Source: Paraspadella gotoi
Taxonomy: Eukaryota; Animalia; Chaetognatha
Direction: 5' to 3'
DNA length: 64,000 bases
Assembly (NCBI GenBank): GCA_051294375.1
Contig: CM119271.1
Location: 2,576,412-2,640,411 of the forward strand
Of this stretch, positions 26,619 through 46,345 are shown one piece after another. The notes below the pieces were generated by a model. It did not search any database and was not told the origin of the DNA. It worked only from the letters and a program-made list of their open reading frames with translations. Numbering within the stretch: the stretch's first letter is position 1; each line of letters begins with the position of its first letter. Position numbers and translations under genes: made by a program.

Positions 26619-29600
26619 AACGACGACGACGACTATGATAACGAGGACTACGACGACTCCCAAGATATTTATCCTTTATCGTACCTTCTCGTTAACGACA
26701 AAAAAAAAGAAATAAGAAATTATATATTACGAAAGGATTTGATTTAATTTTTTCGCTGCTAATAATCGTAAATCGTAATCGTATTTATCGCCTTCGTCGT
26801 CGTAAACGTCGTCGCCTTCTTGGTTGTCGTCGTTGTTGTTGTTTATGATGTTCTGGTCATCATCGATATGGCCGGAATTCGTCGTCGTCGTCGTCGTCGT
26901 CGTCGCATCGGATTCATGCCACTCGGGGGAAAAGAAAAAAAAAGTTTGAAAGGATTTATATCGTCAAAGTTTTTCTTTTGACTTTAATCTCTTTTTCTAT
27001 TTTCGGCGACTTTAATTTGAGCTTCGGATTCAGTTTTATTCTTTTTCTTTATTTAAATATTTATGCTTATTGTTATTATTTTTTTTCTGTTCAAACGGCA
27101 GAGGTTTTTTTAAAAACAGCCAATTTTATTTTTAAAATCGGACATGTTTCGGCTTGAAGAAAATGTCTTTTTTTTTGTTTATAATGTTCAATATCTTTTC
27201 TGGTTTTTGCGTCTTTTTTTTTTCTTGGTCTTTTCGTAATGTAATGACGCCGTGCTAGTTAAAGGTTTTAATTGGCATCTCGAAATAATTTCATGCTAAA
27301 TTTTACATTATTTTTCGTGCGATTCGTTAAAATATAAACTTTTGCTTCAATCTAAAATGAAATTGAGTTGTTGATCTTGTATTGATAATTTGATAGTATA
27401 GAGAATTTCTAGTACGTCTTTTCTTTTTTCCCTTTTCTTTTTATTTCTTTCGTCTCTTCTTTCTTTTCCTTTTTAATTTCCTTCTTTCTTTTTTCCCCTT
27501 TTCCCTTTTTTTTCTTCCGTCTTTTCTACTTGGGTCCGTGGACCCAATTTCTGTCCTTCGATGTCAAGAAAAAAAAAACTCGTAAAAGTATCTAAAAATA
27601 AAAAAAACAATAAAACCACTAAAAATCTACATAATTCGATCCAAAGAAGAGAAAAATGTTTGTTTTTTACGATTTTGCGCAACTTTTATTGTTGGATCTT
27701 CGAACTTTCAGAATCTGGATTAGATTTCGAAGTTAGAAAAGATCTGATTAAAATATAGAGAAGGTTAGAATAGACCAAACTGGATTAAATAGACATTGTC
27801 CAGCTTTTGTAACACGACGATGTTATTAAAATTGATAATAATATTATAATTTTTATTCCGTATTTAATTTACCACCATCTTTAAAAAGCGGTGTCCTTTT
27901 TTAAAACTTTTTTAAAAAAATTGATAAAATATACGTATATCATATTCCAAAAATAAGGGGCTCATTAATGTCGCCATCGGCGACCCCAAAAAGAAAAACA
28001 AAGCGAAAAAAGAAACTCTGAAACGCTGAATTTATTCATGAGACTGACATCCGACAGAGTGACAGTTAATACGTCTCGTCGAAAGATTCGAGCGTCGCGG
28101 TTGAGATGACTCATTACCCCCCCCCCGCCCCCTCAAGTTTTTAGCCTTTTCTTTGGTACGAGTTTTAAATTTCCCCCGCATCCAAAAAAAATCATGCGGG
28201 GGGAAAAAATATAGGGTGGGACTCATTTAAGCAGGATATATTTCCAAGCTATTGACTTACCTTAAAAACGCTGACGATCATATGTCATATACTTAATTGG
28301 AGATCTGGATGACTTGCTCTTTGGTAGAACTATCTGACTGATCAGTAGAAAAGAGAATCATAAGTATGCACATTGCACAAGGAGTATAATACAGGAAAAT
28401 ACTTAACATATTCCACTGCGAATAACGGAAGAAGGAGAAATTTGGTATCATCGTCCGAGTTGCTTGCGCGATTGACTGTACCACAAAGACTTTTTTTTTG
28501 ACTGATCAAAATTGTTTCAATCATTATAAATTTTAACTTACCCTTTGACTGACCTCATCTCCTTACCCCCGCCCATTTATTCCCAGGCGCCGTCCGTGCC
28601 CAGCTCTGCTCGTGCCTCGACCCGCCCAATTCACGCGGCACTGATTGGCGTCTCTTGGCTCACAAACTCCAGGTGGACAGATACGTCAACTTTTTCGCCA
28701 CCAAACCGAGTCCAACGGGTGAGTGGAAATAGGGGTGATGTAGTAATGATGTAGTTATGACAGCAATGATTTAGTAATATGTTAATTTGTTGAATTAAAT
28801 AATTATTTTTTTTGCCCCGCTCCTCCATTACTCTTCTTATCCCTCCTCTACGCTTCTCTTTTCTCTCCTCAACCTCTCTTCTCCTCTTCTGTTTTCGTCC
28901 CCTTCCTTCTCTCCTCAACCTCTCTTCTCCTCTCTCTCACTTTCCCTTCTCTCATTCCTTTCCATCTTCCCTCTCTCTTCCTCTCTCCCCCCTTTCCTTC
29001 AATCTTCTTTCTTCTCTCCTCTTCCTTCTCTATTCTTCTTTCCTTTCATCCCCTCTCCTTCTCTTTCCCCTACCCCTCTCCTTCTCTTTCCCCCTACCCC
29101 TTCTCCATCTCCCCCCCCACCCCCTTCCCACCCTTAGACGCCATCCTGGACTTTTGGGAAGCGCGCCACCGAGAGGAAGGGGCGTTGATGGATCTGCTCA
29201 ACGTCTTGCGCTCGATGGATCGATTCGACGCCGCCGGATGTTTGGAGCGCCACATCGGGTCGTGGTTGTGACGCGCCATCTAACGGGTTTTCTACGCGAA
29301 CCTCGTGGCGCGCGTCCACATCCGGTTCCGTTAAAAGCGACGTCGAAATCCCGACGCCAACTTCCGCCTCTTTCCGACACGCGGCGCTTTAAGACGCGTT
29401 CGCCATCGATAAAAAAAAGAAGAAAAACTCCGACAATCCGCGAAACCACAGTGTGCTGCGATATTATCGTTGTTATTGACCGAACATTTAAGAAAAAAAA
29501 AACAAAAAAAAACAAAAAAAACATGGACAACGCTTCGATTTCTGAAAGAAAACGATGAACGAAACAAACTACGAAACAGGGAATGAATTTTTTTTAAGTA

Positions 29601-30557
29601 CTCTTCAACCCCCCCCCCATTACCCCCAACCCCACCTTCCCGCCCTCTCTCTCCGCCCCAACCCCCAATTCGGTTGTTCCCCTTTATTCCGCTCGTCGAT
29701 TTAGATTTTAGAGATATTTATTACTATTATTATTTACTCACGCGAAGTAAATGTTTTTTTTTTTAATGAAAACGAGACAAAAAAAAAAAAACACTGTTTC
29801 GTTTTGATGATTTTTTAAAAATTTGTTTTCGCTTCTCATTGATATTTTTTTTTTATTTTGTGTGTTTGTATAGCAGAATATAATTATTTGTTTACCTTTT
29901 CGGTGCGCGCGCATTATGTCTATGTTCCCGATTTAGAGAAAAAAACAAAACAAAAATACAAAAACAAATTGACAACTTTCTTTCTTTTTCTTTCGCGGCT
30001 TTTTTGTTTTTCTTACTTAAATCGCTCTACCTTCGAGCGAGCGACTTAAGTCGTCCCCACTCCGTTCTCCTTTGCTTTTCCGATTTCATACGAAGACCTG
30101 ATTTCCGGATGTGTTTCTTATATTGTCCTTTTACATCCGGGGGATTTTATGAAGTCTTAATTAAAATCGTCAAGTGATCACGTTTTTGCCTTCGAGTCAA
30201 AAATTCTTTTATTTTAATGTTTATCTTTTATTCTTTTTTCATAATTTCATTATTAGCGAATTTGATATTCTGAATTCCTCATTCCCATATTTTTTGGGGG
30301 TGATTTAAACCTACCTAAGTTGTGAGACAATGATTAAGAAAGAGAGAGAAAGAGAGTTATTAATGTTCATTTGTCATCGATCCGCGATAAGGGGGTATTA
30401 ACTCCGATTCGGCGTATAAAATACCGTGAGGACTCTCGAATTCCTTTTAGAGTCATTTTCCGGTTTCTCTTTCCTTTTTCTCTTTCAGATGATTAAATGA
30501 GCAAATATTTTCACTTTTTTGAGTTGGAGGGAGTGAGAGAGAGAGCGAGTCAGAGAA

Positions 30558-30610
<53 letters not shown>

Positions 30611-31456
30611 TTAATCTTTACTCATTTCTATTTTCTTTATTCTACCTCTAATATTTTCTTTTCTTTTCTTTCTTTCTTTCTTTCTTTCTTTCTTTTTTTC
30701 TTTTTTTCTTTTTTTCTTTTTTTCTTTTTTTCTTTTTTTCTTTTTTCTTTTTTTCTTTTTTTCTTTTTTTCTTTTTTTCTTTTTTTCTTTTTTTTTTCCT
30801 TAACGGAAAGAGGCTAAAGACGTAGTCGTGTCTCTTCTTTCTTCTCGTCATTTTCCGAGTTACAAGTCACGTTTTTGTGAGAGACAGAGAGAGAGAGATA
30901 GAGACAGAGAGAGAGAGCGAGAAACGTTGTTTTATGACATCGGCCCAGTTCAAACATAATTTTTTCTCTTTTTTTCTTTTTTTTATTTGATAATAGAAAA
31001 AGAAAAAAGAAAAAACTTCCTAATGAAATTAAGGGAACCCAATTTTCTACCCCTAATAATTTCCCGATCGCCAAAAAATCCTCCCTTCCTTTGCTAAAAA
31101 GTGTCTCGCTCTCTCGGCGTCTCGCACTCATTTTTTTGGGAGATTTTCTCTCTCTTCTCTCGCGTCTACCACTCTGTCTCTATCTCATTCCTCTATATCT
31201 CTCTCTCACTCGCCCTAAGTCTATCCGAGGCCTTTATGTACTCAAATCCAGATCCCTAATGGAACCGACGGGGCGAAGGGGTCTCTCTCTCGACAGGCAC
31301 GTCTCTCTCTCCTCTCTCCTCTCTCTCTCTCTCTCTCTCTGGCAATCCATTCTCCACTTTGCGATTTTTTCCGCTTGCCTATCAGGATGTTGCAATCTCT
31401 ATTTGCTAGGCGCGGTAATTTTCTCTCTCTCTCTCTCCTCTCTCTCTCTCCTCTCT

Positions 31457-31508
<52 letters not shown>

Positions 31509-32087
31509 TCCTCTCCCCCCTCCCATCCTATCGCTTCAATGACAATCGTATTTTTCAAATTGTTACATTTTCGATGTTGTATGAATGACTTCCCCATTTT
31601 TTTTGTTTTATTTTTATCGCATTACATTTTTTATTGTAAAATCGATGCCAATATGAATCGTTTAATCTTGAAATAGATACTTAGCTCTTTCTCCAGTCAT
31701 GAATCTATTGCGTTATAAATATTTGTCAGTCGAGAATTTAGTTGAGTTTAAATTTTCCTCCATGTACATGTCAAATTAGCTAAATAAATCGGTGCATGAT
31801 TCTTAATTATTGACTATTGTTTTCCCAATTAAATTAATTTTTTAAAACTTAAAACTAATTTGATACATATAATACGTATAATACAATAAAATACAAGCCT
31901 GAGTGAAACAGGATGAAAGAACTGCCAAGAGTTGAAAAAAGCGATAAAAATTTCTCTTTCTCTCTCTCTCTCACTCTCTCTCTCTCTCTCTCGCTCTCTC
32001 GCTCTCTCTCTCTCTCTCGTTTCATCTCGATAGTTATCGACCAATTACGAGCGAAAAAAAAAACAAGACAAAACGGAATGAAATGAA

Positions 32088-32119
<32 letters not shown>

Positions 32120-32229
32120 CGAGAGAAGTTAAGACGGCCCCTCTTATCTCGTTTCAGAATTGCAGAGACGGCAGCTGCGAACCTTAAGTGGAATCGAACT
32201 CACGCTTAATTTTTTTTTTTCATAATCGC

Positions 32230-32259
32230 CTGATTGTTGGATTGATCGATCGATCGATC

Positions 32260-32290
<31 letters not shown>

Positions 32291-32420
32291 CGATCGATCG
32301 ATCGATTGTTGGATCGATCGATCGATTGATTGATCGATCGATCGATTGGTTGCCTGATTGATTGATAGATTTGATTTATCGTTCGATTGATGTTTCATTG
32401 ATTTATTGTTAGATCGATTG
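32230..32420. repeat. (GATC/GATT)n tetranucleotide microsatellite
   Basis: Directly visible gatc/gatt array. Confidence 0.9.
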
Positions 32421-32654
32421 ACTTGTTTAATGTCGGTTTTAGATTATCGATTAATTTATGTAATAATTTGTTTATTTACTATATTATTTTAGTAACAATG
32501 TCTTTAGGCAGTCAGCAGGGTTTACGAACTGAGTCTATTCAGAAAATCACATCCTTTACTCAGCGGGTCTAAGTTTTTCGTGTGAATTCATCAAGTTTCT
32601 TGACCTAAAAAAGATGATAATCCGATCAATATTTTTTTCCGCCGGCTTCTTTCC

Positions 32655-32785
<131 letters not shown>

Positions 32786-32920
32786 CATTTAACAATGATG
32801 AGAACTGAAGACATTCTCAATTCCCTCTTGATCATTGACTCCAAACAAAACTAATAAAACCAACTTATAATTATTCATTATTAATTATTAATTACTTATA
32901 TACATTTTAAAATCGACATC

Positions 32921-34454
32921 ATGTCATCTTCCGAAAACCGTGACGGTCAAGAAACTTTAACACAAAGCGAACCATCGACAAAAAATTCCGATAAAAATTT
33001 ATCCAACGATATCAAACAGACAAAAAAAATTTCCCTCGCCGGAAAAACTTTAATTCGCGATGTTTGTCAAAAGATTTTTTTAAACGAAGCAAAATTAACA
33101 CAACTCAAACCTTACAGCTGCGACGTTTGTAAGGAAAGTTTTGTATCGGGACTCGGATTGAAAAAACACAAATTAAATGCGCATCAAATGAAACCGTTCA
33201 AATGCAAAGTTTGTCAATTTAAATTCGCCAATGAAAGTTATTTTAAAAAACACGAATTAACTCACGTCAAAGAGAAACCTCATTCGTGCCACGTTTGTCG
33301 AAAGTCGTTTACGGAAAAAGGTAACTTGACACAACACATGAAAATCCATAACAAAGTTAAACGGCACCATTGCGATATTTGCTATGATTCTTTTGTCAAG
33401 CAAGGTCAACTGAAAAAAACACAAATTTACCGTGCACAACGTTAAGCCTTACAGCTGTACCATGTGCCAAAAGTCATTCACAGAGAAAAGTTACTTAAAG
33501 CTGCACATCTCACTTCATCGAAATGAAAAGCCTCATCAATGCGAAGTTTGTCAAAAGTCGTTTTTGCAACGGAGTAACTTAAAAAAACACATGTTATGTC
33601 ACACCAGGGAAATTCTTTACCCCTGTGATGTTTGTGAAATGGGATTTTCTTACAAAAATAGCCTGATCTCTCACAAACGCACTCACACCAAAGAAAAACC
33701 ACATGAATGCGATATTTGTCTTCAATCATTCTCGCAAAAATCTAGTGTAAAACTGCATAAATTAGTTCATACTAAAGAAAAACCTCATAGCTGCGATGTT
33801 TGCCAAAAATCATTTTCACAACTCGGGAACCTGAACCAACATAAATTAACCCACGTTAAAGAAAAAAAACACTCTTGTGACGTTTGTGGGATGTCATTTA
33901 AAAATAAATACAACCTAAATAAACATAAATTAATCCACAACAAGCCCAAATCAAAAAATAATTGTGATATTTGTCAAAAGTCATTTGCAAACCGTATTAA
34001 CTTGAAGAGTCACATGTTAATACACACGGGAGACAAACCATTCACCTGCGACTTGTGTTCAAAATCATTCAGACAACTTGTTCATTTAAAAACTCACAAA
34101 TTGGTTCATACTAAGGAATACCCACACTCATGTAATATCTGTGAGAGTTTATTCACATGGAAATGCGACATGAAAAATCACCTACTGACGCACATCAAAG
34201 AAAAACCTCATAGTTGCACCGTTTGTCAAAAGGCATTTAGTTTAAAAAACAATTTGAAAATTCACATGGTGACTCACAGTCAAGAAAAACCTTTCAGTTG
34301 CAAAATTTGTCAAAAATCATTTTCTTTGAAAAGTAATTTAAAGCTTCACCAATCGGTTCACAGCGAGGAGAGGCCACATAGTTGCGAAATTTGTTGTAAG
34401 TCATTTAAAGAGAGAAGTAAATTGAACGAACATCAAGCAAAACATAGGAAATAA
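32921..34454 (+). CDS. Intronless C2H2 zinc-finger protein, 16 fingers; one frameshift in an A-run at 33413-33419
   Basis: Two ORFs with CxxC-x12-HxxxH repeats and TKEKP-type linkers. Removing one A joins them as QLKKHKFTVHNVKPY and restores finger 4. Confidence 0.92.
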
Positions 34455-34559
34455 GAACTCACTTTTACCATTATGATAAATTCTTCAAACTGTGGCCAAA
34501 TCCGTACAACGCTTACAATGCTTACAGAAATAAATGTAGATGAAGATGATGAAGAAGAC

Positions 34560-34833
34560 TTAATTTCTTGTTATCAAATTAGTAGTAGATAATGAGTCAT
34601 TTGTTTATTTTTTGTGCAAACAAAATTTAAACCAAACAAAATTAATTTCTTGTTATCAAATTAGTAGTTGATTATGAGTCATTTGTTTATTTTTTGTGCA
34701 AACAAAATTTAAACCAAACAAAATTAATTTCTTGTTATCAAATTAGTAGTAGATAATGAGTCATTTGTTTATTTTTCGTGCAAACAAAATTTAAACCAAA
34801 CAAAATTAATTTCTTGTTATCAAATTAGTAGTA
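34560..34833. repeat. 82-bp tandem repeat, ~3.3 copies
   Basis: The unit start taatttcttgttatcaaattagtagt recurs at 34561, 34643, 34725 and 34807. Confidence 0.95.
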
Positions 34834-35543
34834 CATAAATGATTTTTTTGTAATAAACAATAAACAGAAGCAAATTGTTTTTTTTTCATCCTCTCGAATA
34901 TTTCAAGTTATGTACCGTCTGCCGTCTACCGTTAATAAAGAATAAAAATTTAGAAACTTAAAATTTTCCATCATTTTAAGTTGGCCAGAAATACCAAAAT
35001 GTTTCCATTTGATAAAAAGGAGTTCGTGAATAAGCGACGTGACGCCTTGTCTGAAACTGATTCCATAAAGTGATAAACTCGGAGAGATAAAAAAAAAAAG
35101 AGAGAGAGAGAGAGAGAATTTAAACTTATTAGTCAAATCAACTGAACGAGAAACAATAGGGAACGAAATCCCAACAATGACCCTTGCTGCGAAAGACCGT
35201 GAATGTGAAAGTGAGGCAGAGAAGCCTCCCACTTTCTCTCAAGTGGCCACTCGATCTCAGGCGTCGATTCTCCCAAATCCTTCAGTTTCTATTGTTATCT
35301 TTCGCCGTAGCCATTGGTCGATGCCCAATGCCCACCCTGAAAGAACTGTTATGTTTCATGGATTCGACGTTGGCTTCTTTAAATCTCTCTCTCTCTCTCT
35401 CTCACTCAATCTCTCTCTCTCTCAATTCCACCTTACCATTTATCCGTTGACCTTCGTCATTTCATCAAATCATTTCGATCCGTGATTCGAATCAAGAAAA
35501 AACCGAATATTTTTGACACCAATAAATAAATAAAACTTTCATC

Positions 35544-37115
35544 ATGTCTTCCGACGATTCGACAAAATCTCACGAAATAGCAGAACTAAGCGATGAATTA
35601 ATTGAATCAACAACAAATATTTTAAACGTCGCTCAAACTCGCGCAAATCCTCCAAAACTGCAACGAGAATCTTCCGCAAAAAAGGATACAAATTCTCATA
35701 TCGGCGACGTTTGTCAAAAATCTTGTTCTTCAAAAAGTAATTTAAATAAACACTTGTTACCGCATATGAGAGAAAAAACGTTCATCTGCGCCGTGTGCCA
35801 AGACTCGTTCGTAAAAGAAACAGAGTTGGAAAACCACGAATTAGTCGTGCATCAAATTAAACCGTTTAACTGCGAATATTGCAGCAAGTCATTCTCTAAA
35901 AGACGAAATTTGCTAAATCACCAATTAGTCCATACTAAACCTCACTCTTGCCAAGTCTGTGCCAAGAAGTTTGCGGTGAAAGGTGTATTAACGAAACACA
36001 TGAAAATCCATAACATCTGTAATGTTTGCAATGAATCTTTTGACAACATCGATCAATTAGAAAAACACCAATCAAAGATTCACAAAATAAAGCTTTACAG
36101 CTGTAGCATTTGCCAAATATCTTTCACTGAGAAGTATAACTTAAACATGCACAGCGCCATTCATAGCGCTGTCCCTTACCAATGTGATGTTTGCCAAAAG
36201 ACATTCAACAGAGAGAGTATCTTACGGAAGCACAAATTAATTCACGGCGATGAAAGACCTTATCCATGTGATGCTTGCCAAAAATCTTTTAAACGAAAGT
36301 ATCACTTAGATCTCCATATGTTAACTCACACCAAGGAAAAGCCACATAAATGTGCCGTTTGCGAAAAGTCATTTTCCCAAAAGAGTAGTATAAAGGTACA
36401 CATGTTAAGTCATACCAAAGAAAAAACTCACATATGTGATATTTGTCAAAAGCCATTTTCCCACAAATCTACTTTGAAATCCCATAAATTATCTCACACT
36501 CATGAAAAACCTTACACCTGCGATATTTGTCAAAAGTCATTTACTCAACGTTGTAACATGAGAACTCACAAGTTAACCCATGCCACAGAAAAAACTATGG
36601 CTTGCGATGTTTGTAATAAGTCGTTCAAGACGAAAACTGGGCTAAATTATCATAAACAATTCCACGACAAATCCGAAATCAAAGTATATTACTGTAATGT
36701 TTGCCAAAAGTCATTTCCATGTCGATCGTATTTAAAGATCCACGCGAGAACCCACGCTGATGAAAAACCATACGCCTGCGATGTCTGTGAAAAATCATTC
36801 AGACAACGACAACACTTGAATACTCACCAATTAAGTCATACTAAGGAACACCCGCTATCGTGTAATATATGTCCTTTGACGTTCGTGAACAATGACCAAC
36901 TAAAAGTCCACCTATTTATACATTCCGAAGAGAAGCCTCATACCTGCCCCATTTGTCAAAAGTCATTTTCTCTGAAAGCCATTTTAAAAACTCACATGAA
37001 ATCACACGGCGGCCAAAATCTTTTTGCATGCGACGTTTGTGAAAAATCATATTCGCGGGGATGCGATTTGAAAGATCACCAACGAATTCATTACGTAGAA
37101 AACACTCATTCTTAA
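35544..37115 (+). CDS. Intronless C2H2 zinc-finger protein, 523 aa, 16 intact fingers
   Basis: Intact ORF with a tandem C2H2 array and HTKEKP linkers; paralogous to the upstream gene. Confidence 0.96.
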   Translation: MSSDDSTKSHEIAELSDELIESTTNILNVAQTRANPPKLQRESSAKKDTNSHIGDVCQKSCSSKSNLNKHLLPHMREKTFICAVCQDSFVKETELENHELVVHQIKPFNCEYCSKSFSKRRNLLNHQLVHTKPHSCQVCAKKFAVKGVLTKHMKIHNICNVCNESFDNIDQLEKHQSKIHKIKLYSCSICQISFTEKYNLNMHSAIHSAVPYQCDVCQKTFNRESILRKHKLIHGDERPYPCDACQKSFKRKYHLDLHMLTHTKEKPHKCAVCEKSFSQKSSIKVHMLSHTKEKTHICDICQKPFSHKSTLKSHKLSHTHEKPYTCDICQKSFTQRCNMRTHKLTHATEKTMACDVCNKSFKTKTGLNYHKQFHDKSEIKVYYCNVCQKSFPCRSYLKIHARTHADEKPYACDVCEKSFRQRQHLNTHQLSHTKEHPLSCNICPLTFVNNDQLKVHLFIHSEEKPHTCPICQKSFSLKAILKTHMKSHGGQNLFACDVCEKSYSRGCDLKDHQRIHYVENTHS

Positions 37116-37914
37116 CTCAGTGACTCGGAAGTAATATTCTAAAAATTATTGAAATTCACTCGATGAAAACGGTCAAAAAAGTTCAACTTGTATGCAAGTG
37201 AAATTTGTAAAAGCGTCGGCGACCGCTACTGAAACTTTCGTTAACTTTTCTCGACTCAGCGGACGAAACAATTAAGTATCATGTTTCTAGTTACTTAATT
37301 TTCGAATGGAATGGACGCATGTATTCGAAACGTTTAATTTTAGTTTTTTGTTCGTGTGCTTTTCTAGTTAATATCCTAATTAAATCGAGTAAAATTGTTG
37401 ATTTAAAGTTATGTGAAACTTAGTTACAAATAAAAATGCAAATAGCTTTAAACCGCCAAAAACATTTTTTCCTACTTGCTAGCTTCAGTGTATTTTTCCG
37501 AAACCATCTGCCCCTGAGCTTTTGTAACCGTTATTATATTCACAAATTAAACTCCCAAGAATAACAAATTTGTCTTGCTTAAGTTAAGGAAAAAATTTCA
37601 GCTATAGCATAGATGCGTTCAATATTTTAAATGCAACAGAGCTTATTCATTATGCGATGCCTATTGTCTACGTAATTTCAAAACAAATTGAATAGAAATG
37701 AGAGAATGTTAGGCGAAAGTTATAGTTTATACCTTAATTTTTAAATCAAAGTATAAATATTTGTAATAATTTTTTTTAATGGTCGTAGTTTATTTTCCCA
37801 TTCATTTCCGTAGGTTTGAAATATAATTGTAAAAACTTCATGGTAGTTAAAGTGATTTCATATTGCTGTTTATGTTCAACAGCTAGAAAATGTTTGGTTA
37901 TACCCGTCAGAAAA

Positions 37915-37958
<44 letters not shown>

Positions 37959-38779
37959 CAACAATAAAATAAAAAAAAAGGCGCCACTTCACCCGACGAT
38001 GTCTTATCTCTTATCTTCGCCGATCCATGGCGCTGGCGGGCGGCGGTTGCGAGAGAGAAAGAGAGAAAAAAAAATCGTGTTGAGTTACAGGTAGAAATGT
38101 TTACAATATTTTTACACTAATCTCGTTTTTTACAACCTCCATAATATTGCATTCGAACAATCAATGTAGGTTTTGAAGTCAAGCTGAATTGAGACGACGA
38201 CGACGACGACGCCGACGATGACGACGACGACGATCAATGTCGCCGACAAAGGATCGACTACTTGAGTTGAGCCTTCGACTCCAGACAAACGAAGATTTAA
38301 AGACAAAAAAATTAATAAAATATACGTCAGAAAGAAATTAAAAAAAGAGGAGAACTCGAGTTGATTCTCTCTCTCTCTCTCTCTCTCCCTCTCTCTCTCT
38401 CTCTCTCGCAGAGATTCCTTTTGCCTAGGTAAAAGTCAGGAGGTCGGATGAGCTAATGTTACTTCAGACTTTTTTTGAGTGACGTTGTTTTATATTAGTG
38501 ATTTGTTTATTATTTCAAGTCTGTTGATCCAGTTCCTACGAGTAACTACTTCACGGAAGATTCATTGTAAAAGTTGGATCATATTAAAAATTATATAGTT
38601 TTTAAAAAATTCTGTTCCAAAAGTTTTAAGTCGCCACACTGTTGTTGCCGTAAGTATTGTAGTAAAACCTTGAGTTAGGCGTTGGACTCGAACCCGAAAA
38701 TTACCATCTACGACGAAGCGACTTTCAAATCCGAGCCAAAATGGGCGAACTCATTTAAAAACTACGGTCAAACACGAAG

Positions 38780-38817
<38 letters not shown>

Positions 38818-39326
38818 AGCCGTTTCTGTACAGTGGGCAGAGGTTTATCTGGTCCTTTTTACGGATATATTTTTTTAGCAGAAGACAGAAAAACAAAAAA
38901 ACAAATTCCTCTCCGATTCAATGGCCGACTTTTTTCTGACCGCATCGCTCTCCATTTCTCTCTCCGTCTCTCTCTCGTTTGGAGATTTACCTCCATCTCC
39001 ATTTTAACCTTTTTTTTTTCCTTTTATCCTTTGCCTCTAATTTCCGCTGTCAATTTGTGTCGTCCAGCACTCCGACTGTCTTAACACTTCGACACCGCCG
39101 TCATAACCTTTGGTCACTTTTTCCTATTTTCTATTCAAACTCTGTAGTCAAATTTGATTCGTTTTTAAAACTATCTCGTCGTAATAACTGATTTTAAATA
39201 ATGTTGTTCTCATTTCTCTCTCCAATATTTTGCAATCCACTTTCCAAACCACAGATACACGGTTGAACCACGACTCGACCATCCACTTCACCACGCCCCA
39301 CTTCTTCGCCACACTTCATCCAAACC

Positions 39327-46345
<7,019 letters not shown>

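Larger units (their letters stand above)
9440..30620. repeat. Tandem triplication of the UNC5 3' region (~9440-17000, ~17009-24552, partial ~24553-30620), probably an assembly artefact
   Basis: The same intron and exon sequence occurs three times. Some blocks look identical (~15610-17000 vs ~23160-24550); others differ by scattered single-base indels. 25-N gaps at 9320-9344 and 17205-17229. Confidence 0.9.

Noticed and set aside
33413-33419. Programmed frameshift in the zinc-finger gene
   Set aside because: A homopolymer error or a simple null allele is more parsimonious; no stimulatory structure recognised.
34560-34833. CRISPR-like array
   Set aside because: Head-to-tail 82-bp units with no unique spacers, in a eukaryotic context.
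38670-38740. tRNA gene on the minus strand (gggttcgagtcc B-box)
   Set aside because: No cloverleaf can be formed; at most a SINE remnant.
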